Assembly: GCA_002104905.1 (NCBI GenBank)
Contig: MCFE01000069.1
Coordinates: 62,001 to 126,000, forward strand
Reading direction: 5' to 3'
Length of the DNA stretch: 64,000 nucleotides
Origin: Basidiobolus meristosporus CBS 931.73
Lineage: Eukaryota; Fungi; Basidiobolomycota
Shown: in pieces, positions 51,191 to 62,288 of the stretch
How positions within the stretch are numbered: position 1 is the first letter of the stretch
Layout of the letters: each line of letters begins with the position of its first letter
The notes under the pieces: model-generated
What the model was told of the DNA's origin: nothing
The model's database searches: none
The model's input: only the letters and a program-made list of their open reading frames with translations
Made by a program: the position numbers and the translations under genes

Positions 51191-52853
51191 ATTCAATACA
51201 AGGAGCACTCAGACAAATTAACAGTGAGAGACCTGTCAGTGATAAAGGAACAGGTAAAGGGAAAAAGTCTACACAAGCCAGAGACAGTGAAGCATAAGAA
51301 ATAAGCAGCAGCTCTTCCCAATTAATGCTGTAAGCCTAGAACAGACTGAATCCTATCCTAGCCAATAAGAGTTACTAACATGACAACAGTTGTTTTTGCA
51401 AGAATTGGAAGTGCAGCCAGTTGAGATACACTCCAGTGAGGTAGAGGAGTTTGCTGAGAAAGGCAATTTGTATACCAGAGTAGATATCCCACCAACAGCC
51501 AAAGAAGCAATGTAAAGAACTCCTAAAGTTATGTCTATGCTTTCAGTGGAGCTTTGGAACATCAATAGGCACATCAAAGGGTTGAAGCACATCTTCAAGA
51601 GCAGTGCTCAAGAAAATGCACCTGAATACTGCAAGGATTGATTGCAAAGACTGGTAGATGTGGTGCCAATGTTGTAGTGCTGGCAGAAGACCAGGACATA
51701 TGGGAACCAGTGAATAAACAGTGGCACAAAGCCATTGGGTTCCTGTCAAAGTCATGGAAACAGTGCATTACAGCAGAAATACTAATTGAGTGGGGGATTT
51801 TAATAGAGTTACTTGTTGAGTGTGGGGTTGTACTTAATGTTAGTTTAGGTATAGGGACTTGTATAGGTCAGTACAATTAGCAAATTGAGGTACAACTGAA
51901 GCTTCATCAGAAATAGGTCAATTCTTATGCATGAAAAGTGTCATGATCACATGACAACCATGAACACCCATGCCAAGTTTCAGCTTCCTAGCTCAATTTT
52001 TAAGAGATTCCTTCTGGAACCTTCTACCACCTTCCAGAAAGTTCCTGACCATTCCAAACCATTGTTACACAATGGAAGCTTCCCATTGTATTTTTCATAG
52101 TCCAGTACCATATATGGAAATACCAGGTCACATGACTTAGTCACATGATCAGGTGACTCAATCCATTTCTCCATCCTGTCTCAGTGCCATGTCATCTATG
52201 TTGTTATCCCCAGCACCATTGCTGTGCCTCACCCCACAACCCCATTAGTATTAGCTAATATCTCTTGGCATCAGTATAGCCAAAAAGTATATATAGTCCT
52301 ATCCCCCCTTAAGTATTCCTCAGTCTGATAAACACAGGTCTTGAATAAACAGCCTTGCCTTGAATCCTGCCTTGCCTTGATGGTCCACACCTAAGTCCTT
52401 TCCTGCCGTGCCTAGCTTTTCCTCCTGCCTTGTGTCTATTCATAACAGTTTTGTCAGACTCTCCTGACTTACCTGTGGATCCCTGCCTTCTGCCCAAAGT
52501 TTGAAGAAAACTTGTAAAAGGAATACTCACCGTAAGTATCACCCATCATCTTTCCCTAGTCTTGTCCTATAAAGGCAAAGATACTTTATCTTTGTAAAAC
52601 TATTGGTCAAAACTGCATTCACTTTATTACCCTGCTGGTGGAGTTTACAGTCGTTACAGTATTGGAAGCTTTAGTACAATACTCTATCAAAGGACATTGA
52701 AACCAGTACCTTCTGAAGTGACGCTAACTTATTTAAGTTGGGGATTGTGGCTCAATAGTTGTATTCTTGACATACTAGTGGCTTTACAAACCCACAATCT
52801 AGTTTAGTATATTCCAGTATTCCTTGCAAGTTCATCCGCCTTCCTCTGCTACC

Positions 52854-53785
52854 ATGTCCAACCTAGAGCTGAACTTTGCCCAGCTCATGGCTGCCTTTAC
52901 CCAACTGCAGCAAGACCATGCAGACCTCAGAAACACTCTTGCTCAGTTCCAGAACTAAAGTGTCCAGCAAACTAGCCATGTCCCAGTCTACCAAGAACCC
53001 AAGTATACTCCTGCTACCAAGTTCAATGGCTCTCAGAATGAATTCCGTGGCTTCATCAACATGGTGAAGAACAATCTTGCACTCCAGCCCAACCGGTACC
53101 CCACTGACCAGGCCAAAGTTGGTTTCATCTCCAACCTGCTTACTGGTACAGCTCTCAAGTGGTTCTCCCCATTAGTGGAGACCAACTCTCCCCTCCTCAG
53201 AGACTACCAAGCTTTCCTCACTGAAATGGAGCTAACATTTGGTAACCTTGACCAAGCCAGAACTGCTGCCAACAAGATCAAGACCCTCAAGCAAGGGAAC
53301 AAACCAGCATCAGTCTATGCCTCAGAATTCCGACAACTCTCCAGTGACCACAGCTCCTGGGGTCAAGCAGCCTTGATTAGCCAATTCCAAGATGGCCTCA
53401 ATGATGAAGTTTGTGATCTGCTACTCACACTCCCAGATCCAGATACATTGGTTGAAGCTATGCACCAAGCAATCAGGTGTGATAACAGACTATTCCAGAA
53501 GAAGCAAAAGAACCGTCAAAGACACATTCCTGTTGCAGTCCAACCCCTCCTGCTCCCCAAGTCACTCCAGAAGATCCTATGCAGATTGATAGTGCCAAAT
53601 ACAAGAAACTATCAAAGAGTGAAAAGTCCAGACGTCAACAAGCCAACCTCTGTCTATACTGTGGCCAACCAGGTCACTTTGCCAAGTCCTGCCCCAACAA
53701 GAAGTCCAGCTTCAAGCTGATGCAGTCCTCCAGCAACCAACCTGATTTGGATCTGTTGGGAAACTCCAATGTCCAGTTGCACTGA
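52854..53785 (+). pseudogene. gag: Chromovirus gag (one TAA at 52956 and a 1-nt frameshift near 53550)
   Basis: EPK..KFNGS..FRGF..DQAKVGFISNLLTGTALKWF capsid motif; CLYCGQPGHFAKSC knuckle. The lesions are absent from the 46002 copy. Confidence 0.9.
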
Positions 53786-53802
53786 CAGGCTTGCAACTGG
53801 AC
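53758..53802 (+). promoter_or_regulatory. -1 programmed ribosomal frameshift signal
   Basis: G-GGA-AAC in the gag frame, 6-nt spacer, perfect 11-bp stem GTCCAGTTGCA/TGCAACTGGAC with a 10-nt loop. pol lies in the -1 frame. Confidence 0.85.
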
Positions 53803-56800
53803 CCACCCATGAAAATCCAGCATATCCAAGAATCTTCCTTCGCCACAAAATCTATACAGTCCTTGAGAATGCCTGTCAAAATCCAGATCCCTGACTCCAG
53901 TCCTGTCCCAGCCCTAGCCCTGATTGATTCCGGTGCTTCATCCTGTTTCATTGACCAAGCCTTTGTCTAGAAGCACTCTATTCCTGTCACCTTGAAATCC
54001 TGTCCAGTCCAAGTAGAAGTTATTGATGGAAGATCACTCTCCTCTGGTGCCGTTACCCATGAAACATGCTTACTCCAGCTGTCCAGTACTGCCCACCAAG
54101 AAAGAATCGCCTTCAACATCATCAACTCACCACACTATCCTATTGTGCTTGGAAGCTCATGGTTGAGCTGCCACAATCCAAGTATTGCTTGGAAATCCAA
54201 GATCCTGTCATTCACCAGATCCCACCAAGTCAACTCCATGAAATATCCAGACCCTGATAACTGTGAAAAGACGGTTGCCAACAGTTCAACAGCCCAAGCT
54301 ACCTTGCCAGCTGAAGGAGCCCCCTCAGCAACTATACCAGCCAAGTACCAAGAGTTTGCCCATGTCTTTGACAAGAAGAAAGCAGAACTCCTCCCTGACC
54401 ATAGGCCTTATGACTGCCCTATTGACCTTGAAGATGGAAAAGTCCCTCCATTTGGCCCAATATATAACCTCTCCCAGCCGGAGTTGAAAGAACTCCATGG
54501 TTATATTTAAGAAAACCTCCAGAAGGGTTTTATTCAGCACTCCAAATCACCTGCTGGAGCCCCAATCCTCTTTGTCAAGAAGAAGGATGGTACCCTCAGA
54601 ATGTGTGTGGACTACCGTGCTTTGAATAAGATCACAGTCAAGAACCGCTACCCCCTGCCCCTGATCAACACATTGTTGGATCAGCTATCTGCTGCCCAAG
54701 TCTTCACCAAGATAGACTTGAGAGGAGCTTACAATCTTGTCAGAATCAAGCCTGGTGATGAATGGAAAACTGCCTTTTGCACAAGATATGGTCACTTTGA
54801 GTACAAAGTAATGCCATTTGGCCTCACCAATGCCCCTGCTGTGTTTCAACACCTCATGAATGATATATTCCGTGAATACCTTAACCAGTATGTGGTAATA
54901 TACCTTGATGATATTCTCATATACTCCAAGAGCCAAGATGAACATGATGAACATGTCAAGAAAGTATTGAGAAAACTAGACTCTGCCGGTCTCTATGCCA
55001 AGTTAGAGAAGTGTGAATTTGACCAGAGAGAAGTGGAATTTCTTGGTTACCTCATCAGCCCTGAGGGAACAAGAATGGACCCAAAGAAAGTTGACTCAGT
55101 CCAGTCCTGGAAAACTCCAAGCTCAGTGAAGGAAGTACAATCCTTCCTGGGATTTGCCAACTTCTATCGCAGGTTCATAGCCAACTACTCCAAGATAGTC
55201 ACCCCTCTGACAAAGCTAACCCAGAAGAACACACCTTTTGCCTGGAATGAGGAGCAATCCACCTCATTCAACCAACTTAAGAAATCTTTCCTGAAGGCCC
55301 CCCTGCTTGCCCACCCTGACCTTGAGAAGCAATTCATAGTGGAGACTGATGCTTCTGATTTTGCCCTTGGTGCCATACTCTCCCAGTATGATGAGGACAA
55401 TGTGTTGCACCCCATTGCATTCTACTCTCGGAAGTTTTCCCCTGCAGAGATCAACTATGATATCTATGATAAGGAGTTGCTTGCCATCATTGTAGCCTTT
55501 GAGCAATGGAGACACTACCTGGATGGTGCTAAACACAAAATCAAAGTCTTCTGTGACCATAAGAACCTTGAGTATTTTGCAACTTCCAAAGTACTAAACC
55601 GGAGACAAGCCAGATGGTAACTCTTCCTGTCCAGCTTTGACTTTACTATCACCTATAGACCTGGTGCAAAGCAAGGAAAGCCTGATGCCCTGTCCAGAAA
55701 AAAGGAATATGCCCTGGAAGAGGGAGATGATGCCTGTTGGCAAATGGAACACCCATTGCTGAGCAAGAAACATTTTGAGATTCTTGCCACCCAGTCCTCA
55801 AGTCTTGTCATCCCTTCATTCCTAGTAAGGATATCAGAATCCCAAGCCTCTGATATGACTTCCAGCACCGTCAAGAAATATCTTGAATCCCCAGTTGGGC
55901 CCCCTCCCAAGTTCCCAAACATGCAGAACCTGCATTTGGTAAACAACCTCATCTACCACAAGCAGCAGCTTTATGTCCCAGATCTTTCCACCCAACTAGA
56001 CATCATTAAGTCTCGGCATGATTCAACGGTTGCAGGCCACTTTGGTACTGCCAAAACCTTGAATGCTATCAAAAGGGATTTCTGGTGGCCTAGAATGATA
56101 ACTCTTATCAAAGAATACATTCTGACTTGTGATATTTGCAACCGTGCAAAACCAGCCAGACACCAGCCTTATGGACTTCTTCAGCCCCTGCCTATCCCAG
56201 AACACCAATGGAGATCTATATATATGGACTTCATTACTGACCTCCCTGAGTCATGTGGCTTCAATACTATACTTGTAGTGGCTGACTGGCTGACCAAGAT
56301 GGCTCACTTTATCCCTTGCTGTAAGAACACTGATGCAAAAGAAACAGCTGCTTTAGTCCTGAAGAATATTTTCCGCCTTCATGGTATCCCCAGTGATATT
56401 GTGTCAGATAGAGGCCCACAGTTTGTGTCCAAGTTTTGGAAACACTTCATGCAATACCTTGGTGTTCAAGTCAAGCTCTCTACTGCCTTCCATCCACAGT
56501 CCAATGGCCAGACTGAAAGAATCAACCAGATTCTAGAGCAATACCTCCGGTGCTATATCAATTACCAGCAAGACAATTGGGTTGATCTACTCCCTGTTGC
56601 TGAGTTTGCCTACAACAACTCAAGCCATAGTGCCACCGGTTTTACACCATTCTATGCAAACTATGGATTCCACCCTCAGTTTGATATCCAGATTCCAACA
56701 AACCCAATGAGCCCACATGCGGCTGAACATGCCCAAGCAATCCAGGACATCCAGAACACCCTCAAGGAAGAGCTATCCTTAGCTCAGGAAAGCTACAAGA

Positions 56801-57306
56801 AATTTGCCAATCTAAAACGGCATCCCAGCCCAGATCTTAATGAAGGAGATTCTGTATGGTTGCTCAGAAGAAACATCAGCACCAACCGCCCTTGTGACAA
56901 GTTGGATTTCAAGAAACTTGGTCCCTTCAAGATCAAGAAGAAGCTTAGCCCTATAGTATATCAGCTACAGTTACCAGCAAGTATGAAAGTCCATGATACT
57001 TTCCATGTGTCCCTCCTGGAGCCGTATTGTAGGAACACATTGCCAAACCGGCAAGAAGCAAAGCCCCAAGCTATCCAGGTTGACCAACATCAAGAATTTG
57101 AAGTTAAACAGATTCTAGACTCCAAGTATATCCGGTCAAAGCTGTACTACTTAGTAGACTGGATTGGTTATGATCCAAGTGACCAAACATGGGAACCAGC
57201 TACCCATCTCACTAATTGTCAAGAACTAGTCACCCAGTTCCACCAACAATATCCTGCAAAACCTGCCCCAAAGGGAAACAGAGCTTTGCCTGGAAGAGGA
57301 GAATAG
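53760..57306 (+). pseudogene. pol: Chromovirus pol (PR-RT-RH-IN-chromodomain), one frame with three stops (53968, 54508, 55618)
   Basis: [54 protein letters not shown], chromodomain FEVKQILD..YLVDWIGYDPSDQTWEP. Confidence 0.95.
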
Positions 57307-58228
57307 TGTCATGATCACATGACAACCATGAACACCCATGCCAAGTTTCAGCTTCCTAGCTCAATTTTTAAGAGATTCCTTCTGGAACCTTCTACCACCT
57401 TACAGAAAGTTCCTGACCATTCCAAACCATTGTTACACAATGGAAGCTTCCCATCGTATTTTTCATAGTCCAGTACCATATATGGAAATACCAGGTCACA
57501 TGACTTAGTCACATGATCAGGTGACCCAATCCATTTCTCCATCCTGTCTCAGTGCCGTGTCATCTATGTTGTTATCCCCAGCACCATTGCTGTGCCTCAC
57601 CCCACAACCCCATTAGTATTAGCTAATATCTCTTGGCATCAGTATAGCCAAAAAGTATATATAGTCCTATCCCCCCTTAAGTATTCCTCAGTCTGATAAA
57701 CACAGGTCTTGAATAAACAGCCTTGCCTTGAATCCTGCCTTGCCTTGATGGTCCACACCTAAGTCCTTTCCTGCCGTGCCTAGCTTTTCCTCCTGCCTTG
57801 TGTCTAATCATAACAAAAAGTAAGTGAAATGGTTGAGTGAGGAAGTAAGGAGTGTAAAAAAGAGGCAATAGCCCATGAATGCACTCAAGCATAGGAAGTG
57901 ATAGAGTATCCAGGATCAGCAAGTCAGAATATTGGCAGAGAACCACTTTTGTATTGTTGTGATAAAAAATATTTACCAATTTTTTTGTAAAATTGGGGTG
58001 CAATTATTTTTTTGCAGTCTTTGCACAGTGTCCTGATGGGATCAATACCTCATAGCCACAGGACTTTAGATATGTGATGGCCTTTCAACAGGATCATCAC
58101 AATAATTTTTTGTAGGTTCATATCAGTCATGAAGATCCCACAATGAGGATGTCACAATGCTGGCAGCTTGAAATTATTGACCCTCCTACAATCTTATGAC
58201 AGTATTATGATGGTGTTTTTGCTGATTT

Positions 58229-60397
58229 GGTTACAAGTCTTGATGTAAGAGTTGCAGAGAAATAGATAGCTTAGCTAGTGTTGTATTCACTAAATGCTAA
58301 TTGATATCCATTAAGATCTGCTGATTAATCTGCTGACTAACACTATCAAAGCAATTGAAAGTACTGATATACTAACAGGCTAAACATTAATCTAATTGAT
58401 TTGACTAACAACTGATCTATCTTAGACATTCAAGCATTGGATCATATCATTCTTCATATAAAAGTTGGGAGAGTTCTCCTAAATCTCTTTTCTTATGGTT
58501 CTGGTATCTTGATACTACAGCATTGTTAGTAAGTCTTGCAAGCTTGAGTCTGTCTCTATGAACTAGATCTTCTTGGATATTCCCTTTTTAGTCTACCAGT
58601 TGGCAAGTTGCATATGGACACTTTCTGATGATCTTTAATGGCCTCTCCATTGTGGAGCAATCATCTTCCAAGTATTGTTTCATACCAATACAAAGTTTCA
58701 AACTATCAAAGCCTTTGGTGATATAGTCTTGTCAAATCACTGCTTCCTCTTTTCTACACTTTTAGAGATTTTGGCCTGTGCCTCCTGAAATTTTTGTTCC
58801 AATTGCTGGTGTCTACTAGGCTGACTGAGCTCATCCTCCAAGTGGTCAGTGAATCTTGGCTATGTGAGATCTCCTGGAATCACTGGTTCACATCCAAACA
58901 CTAGGTAAAATGGGAATTGCTGGGTAGTGTTGTGCACCCTAACTCTGCTGACAAACAGTGCTTGCTCAATATACTCATTCCATTTACTTATAGCTCCATT
59001 TGCATATTTAGTCAGCATTTTTCCAAATGATCCATTAAGCTGCTCAGTCACTCCTTTAGTTCTTGTTGATATGCCAAAGTATTCAGATGTTTGATCTGCT
59101 GCATTTCCAGGTAGGCTTCCAATTTTTTGGCCATAGAGCTCTCTCCTCTAGCAGAAAAGATTTCCTTAGGGAATCCAAACCTCATTTGGAGCTCATTGCA
59201 GATGAAACTTGGAACTTGTTGCTCACTGGATACTGGTACAGCTCTGGCCACTGGCCATTTGGTGACATGGTCCATTGCTACTAAAATCCACTAATTACAT
59301 TTTTTAGTAGTAGGCAGTCCTCCAATAAAGTCAATTCCCCATCTCTCAAGTGGTATTACTGGCTCAAAGGGAAAGAGTTCTGCAATTCTCTATGGTTGAC
59401 CTTGGTTGATTTGGTAACTTTGGCATGTTTGCACTAGCTTTGCAATAACTTATTTCATTCTGGGCTACCATACTGTAGCTATACAAGGCTGTAGTTTCCT
59501 TTGATTCTAAGATGTCTGTATTCAATGTGCAGCTTATGTATTGAATCTAGGTGGGCAACACAGGGGTAATAGTATACTGGGCCTTCATCAACAATTAAAC
59601 AGAGTGTTACATTCCTTACTACACACTTGCTAGCTTCATCCCTGATAATCTTATTGATATCTTCATTCACATCATCAGGAATGGCTTGGTCCTCCAACTA
59701 CTTTGGTAACAGTCTAGGCCAATGTGATTCATGCACCAGGTTGAGTTGGGCAACTTGTCCTAGTATGGATAGGCATCAGCAGCTGTGTTAATCTTCCAAA
59801 GGCTGTGGACAAACTCTAGGTCAAATTGCTGAATGTATTCACTCCATCTTGTCAATCTTTTGGATAGTACTTTCTGAGTAAATATATTCTCAAGTGAGGC
59901 TTGATCAGTCTTAATTATGCACTTGACTCTTTTGGTGTAGCATATTCATGTCTTTAAGCAATGTATCATGACAGGCATCTCCTTCTCATGCACTGTATAG
60001 TTCTGCTCTGCTGAGTACAGTTTTGGGATTCAAAGCAACTGGGTATCCCTTTCCTTCATGCTCTTGGCTCAATACTCCACAAAGCACATTATCCAAAGTG
60101 TCTGTGCCAAAAGTCAACTCTTTTCTGAGGTCAGATATTCTTAAGCTTGGCTGCTTGGCAAGTTTATTCATATAGCATCCAAAATGCAGTCTCACAGGCT
60201 ATGTCCCACTACAAGGTGTGGTCTTTATTGAGAATATCAGTCACAGGGGCTGCAACACTTGCAACGGACCTGAAAAATCTCTGATCATAGGAAAGCATTC
60301 CAAGATATGGTCTGTGCTCTGCAGTGCTATGAGGCTGCTTCAGGTTCTCAATAACTTCCACTTTCTTGGGGCTTAATGGCACTCTTGTGCTAGTTAC
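58229..60397 (-). mobile_element. Old, diverged relic of Ty3 family 1 (3' LTR remnant about 58229-58449, IN and RH, part of RT)
   Basis: Collinear with 21189-23510 but with many stops and indels; truncated at the TGTTGT repeat. Confidence 0.85.
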
Positions 60398-60919
60398 TGT
60401 TGTAGGAGTCTTGGAGATATTGGAAGTGATTGCATGAACAAGTAGATTATGTGGTTTTCACTTAATGATTTATTGAATGTAAAAGTAGTATTTATACTTT
60501 TACCTGGTCTTGGCATTACAAACACGTAGAATAGGTTAAGAAAGGTCCCAAGAACATGTGTGCAAAGTTTGGGGCTGTTTGGACAACTTTGAGAATTTTC
60601 ATGTTCTGGGTACCTGGTGTTTTGGTGAAAATATTCTAAGTAAATCCTGACAAGGAATTTGATCAGTATTCTCTAGGATTTGAAGGTAATGATCTAAGTG
60701 AGTAAGTTAGGTGAATATGTAGGTGAAATTACAAATTTTTACAACAGTTACCAGGTGTGCCTTATACTCAATATTTTTCTTGAAGAGCTCATACCTTGGT
60801 CTCCTAGGAGTGTCCTGAAGTCTGGGATTGGAAGTTCAAGTAGCAGCAGGTAGCAGTGCTCACACTAATCTACAAGGTGGCATACTGATAAAATGAATGA
60901 TGTTTATTTTTGAGGGATT

Positions 60920-62288
60920 AGACTTGTTCCACTGAATAGTGCCACATAGTGCCAGCCTGTTTATAGTGCCGGATTGATCTGGCACCCTGTGGCACTATCT
61001 GGCATTATAATTTCTACCATGATGCTAGTGGTATGATACAGTGACTGGTAGTTTACCCAATCTTACTTATGTTGCTCATAATAGTGCTTTCCTTGCTTTA
61101 TTCACTCTTCATAATGCTCCGGACACATTTCTTTCAGTGGATGTCTTCTTGTATGAGCATACTGTGCATTGATAAGTATCTTAACTATTTTACCTATTCT
61201 GCTGTTTTCACCTATATATGACTTTCCTCTGTATTTACCTGCTAATATGCTGAATCTCTTCAGATATCCAGATATGTGCTCTACCCTCACTCTGAAATGA
61301 TTAAATAACTCATTGTAGAGCTTCTGCTTCCTGCTAAGCACACCATTCCTTGGCTTCCCATAAGCTGTAATACATCCTAGTCTCTGACAATCCTCTTCTA
61401 TATAGGCTAAGTCTGCCATACATTTCTCCCCTCCACTGAATTCAGGATGATTCTCTACCCAGAGTGCTTTGTCATGCCTACTTCCAGCAAATGGCCCACT
61501 AAACCAGATGATGTTACCCTCAATGTCAGACAGTGCTTGAAACTTCACACAGTGTGCCTTGTACTTGCCAGAATAAAAGTGCCTCTGCCCTCTAGAAGGT
61601 CTGTTAATCCTCACTGGGAAGGTATCCAAAATACTCCTGATATGGTACCTGTTGCTGAACACTCTGGGATATGGAAGTCTATTGGAGCTTCTGAACCTAG
61701 TATTCCAAGCTTGCTCTAAGTCATTCATACCCTCTGCAAGGTGGTTCTCCATTGCTGTCAGCTGGGAATGAAATCTTCTAGGACTTTTGTTGCCATGGAT
61801 GGTGGGATGAGACCTTGTAGGGCAATAGTTCTTGTAATAGCAGAGAAGCTTAACAAGGGATCTTCTTGAGTAGTTTGGGGCAGATGGTGCACAGTACTTG
61901 GAATAGATCTCCTCTAGTGTGTCAAAAGGAAATCCAGTGGTAATGATGGGATTGATGATAAAAGACCACTCAGATGAGTAAGTCATATTAAAATTGGTGG
62001 ATGATTGTATGGAGGTTGTTTGAATTGATTTGGCGCAATCTACATTATTTATCGGATTTTTAATGCATTATGATTAAATCTCCATCATTGCCATGTATCC
62101 CATCATCATGTTGCAAAAATCATTCACAAACAATGCCTTGGTACTTTTATTGATGCTTTACTCATAGGCCTATAATCAAATAGGAAATTGGCAATTGATA
62201 TGATCTAATCCATGTCAACACAATCTGAGATGCATCATGCATAATGTATTGAAAATTCAACAATCACATTAGTTTTCATATATATATC
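60920..62288 (-). mobile_element. PHIS/Pangu-like copy D (3' part; interrupted by copy E)
   Basis: TIR AGACTTGTTCC at 60920 preceded by ATT; GGCACTAT subterminal repeats. Confidence 0.85.
61102..61986 (-). CDS. 294-aa PHIS-type DDE transposase, open frame
   Basis: Near-identical to 42132-43016; D, D and E retained (LDTFP, ADLAY, VEH), with F>S next to the E. Confidence 0.85.
   Translation of the reverse strand: MTYSSEWSFIINPIITTGFPFDTLEEIYSKYCAPSAPNYSRRSLVKLLCYYKNYCPTRSHPTIHGNKSPRRFHSQLTAMENHLAEGMNDLEQAWNTRFRSSNRLPYPRVFSNRYHIRSILDTFPVRINRPSRGQRHFYSGKYKAHCVKFQALSDIEGNIIWFSGPFAGSRHDKALWVENHPEFSGGEKCMADLAYIEEDCQRLGCITAYGKPRNGVLSRKQKLYNELFNHFRVRVEHISGYLKRFSILAGKYRGKSYIGENSRIGKIVKILINAQYAHTRRHPLKEMCPEHYEE

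Larger units (their letters stand above)
51939..57815 (+). mobile_element. Ty3/Gypsy chromovirus (family 2), full length 5,877 bp, decayed
   Basis: LTRs 51939-52447 and 57307-57815 (509 bp; about 5 differences seen). 5-bp TSD AAAAG. PPT GGAAGAGGAGAATAG just before the 3' LTR. Confidence 0.97.
44275..58117. mobile_element. CACTA-like element copy 3 (left end truncated; carries two chromovirus insertions)
   Basis: Transposase relic about 44275-45990 (-), accessory gene relic about 49747-51190 (+), and 57821-58117 homologous to 8115-8420 with palindrome and TIR AATAATTTTTTGTAGGT. Confidence 0.75.

Noticed and set aside
52956-55620. Ascomycete-type CpA RIP explaining the chromovirus stops
   Set aside because: Only a few CAA/CAG>TAA/TAG changes are seen and one stop is TCA>TAA. 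The dominant pattern is CpG loss and the long ORFs are not riddled with CpA mutations.
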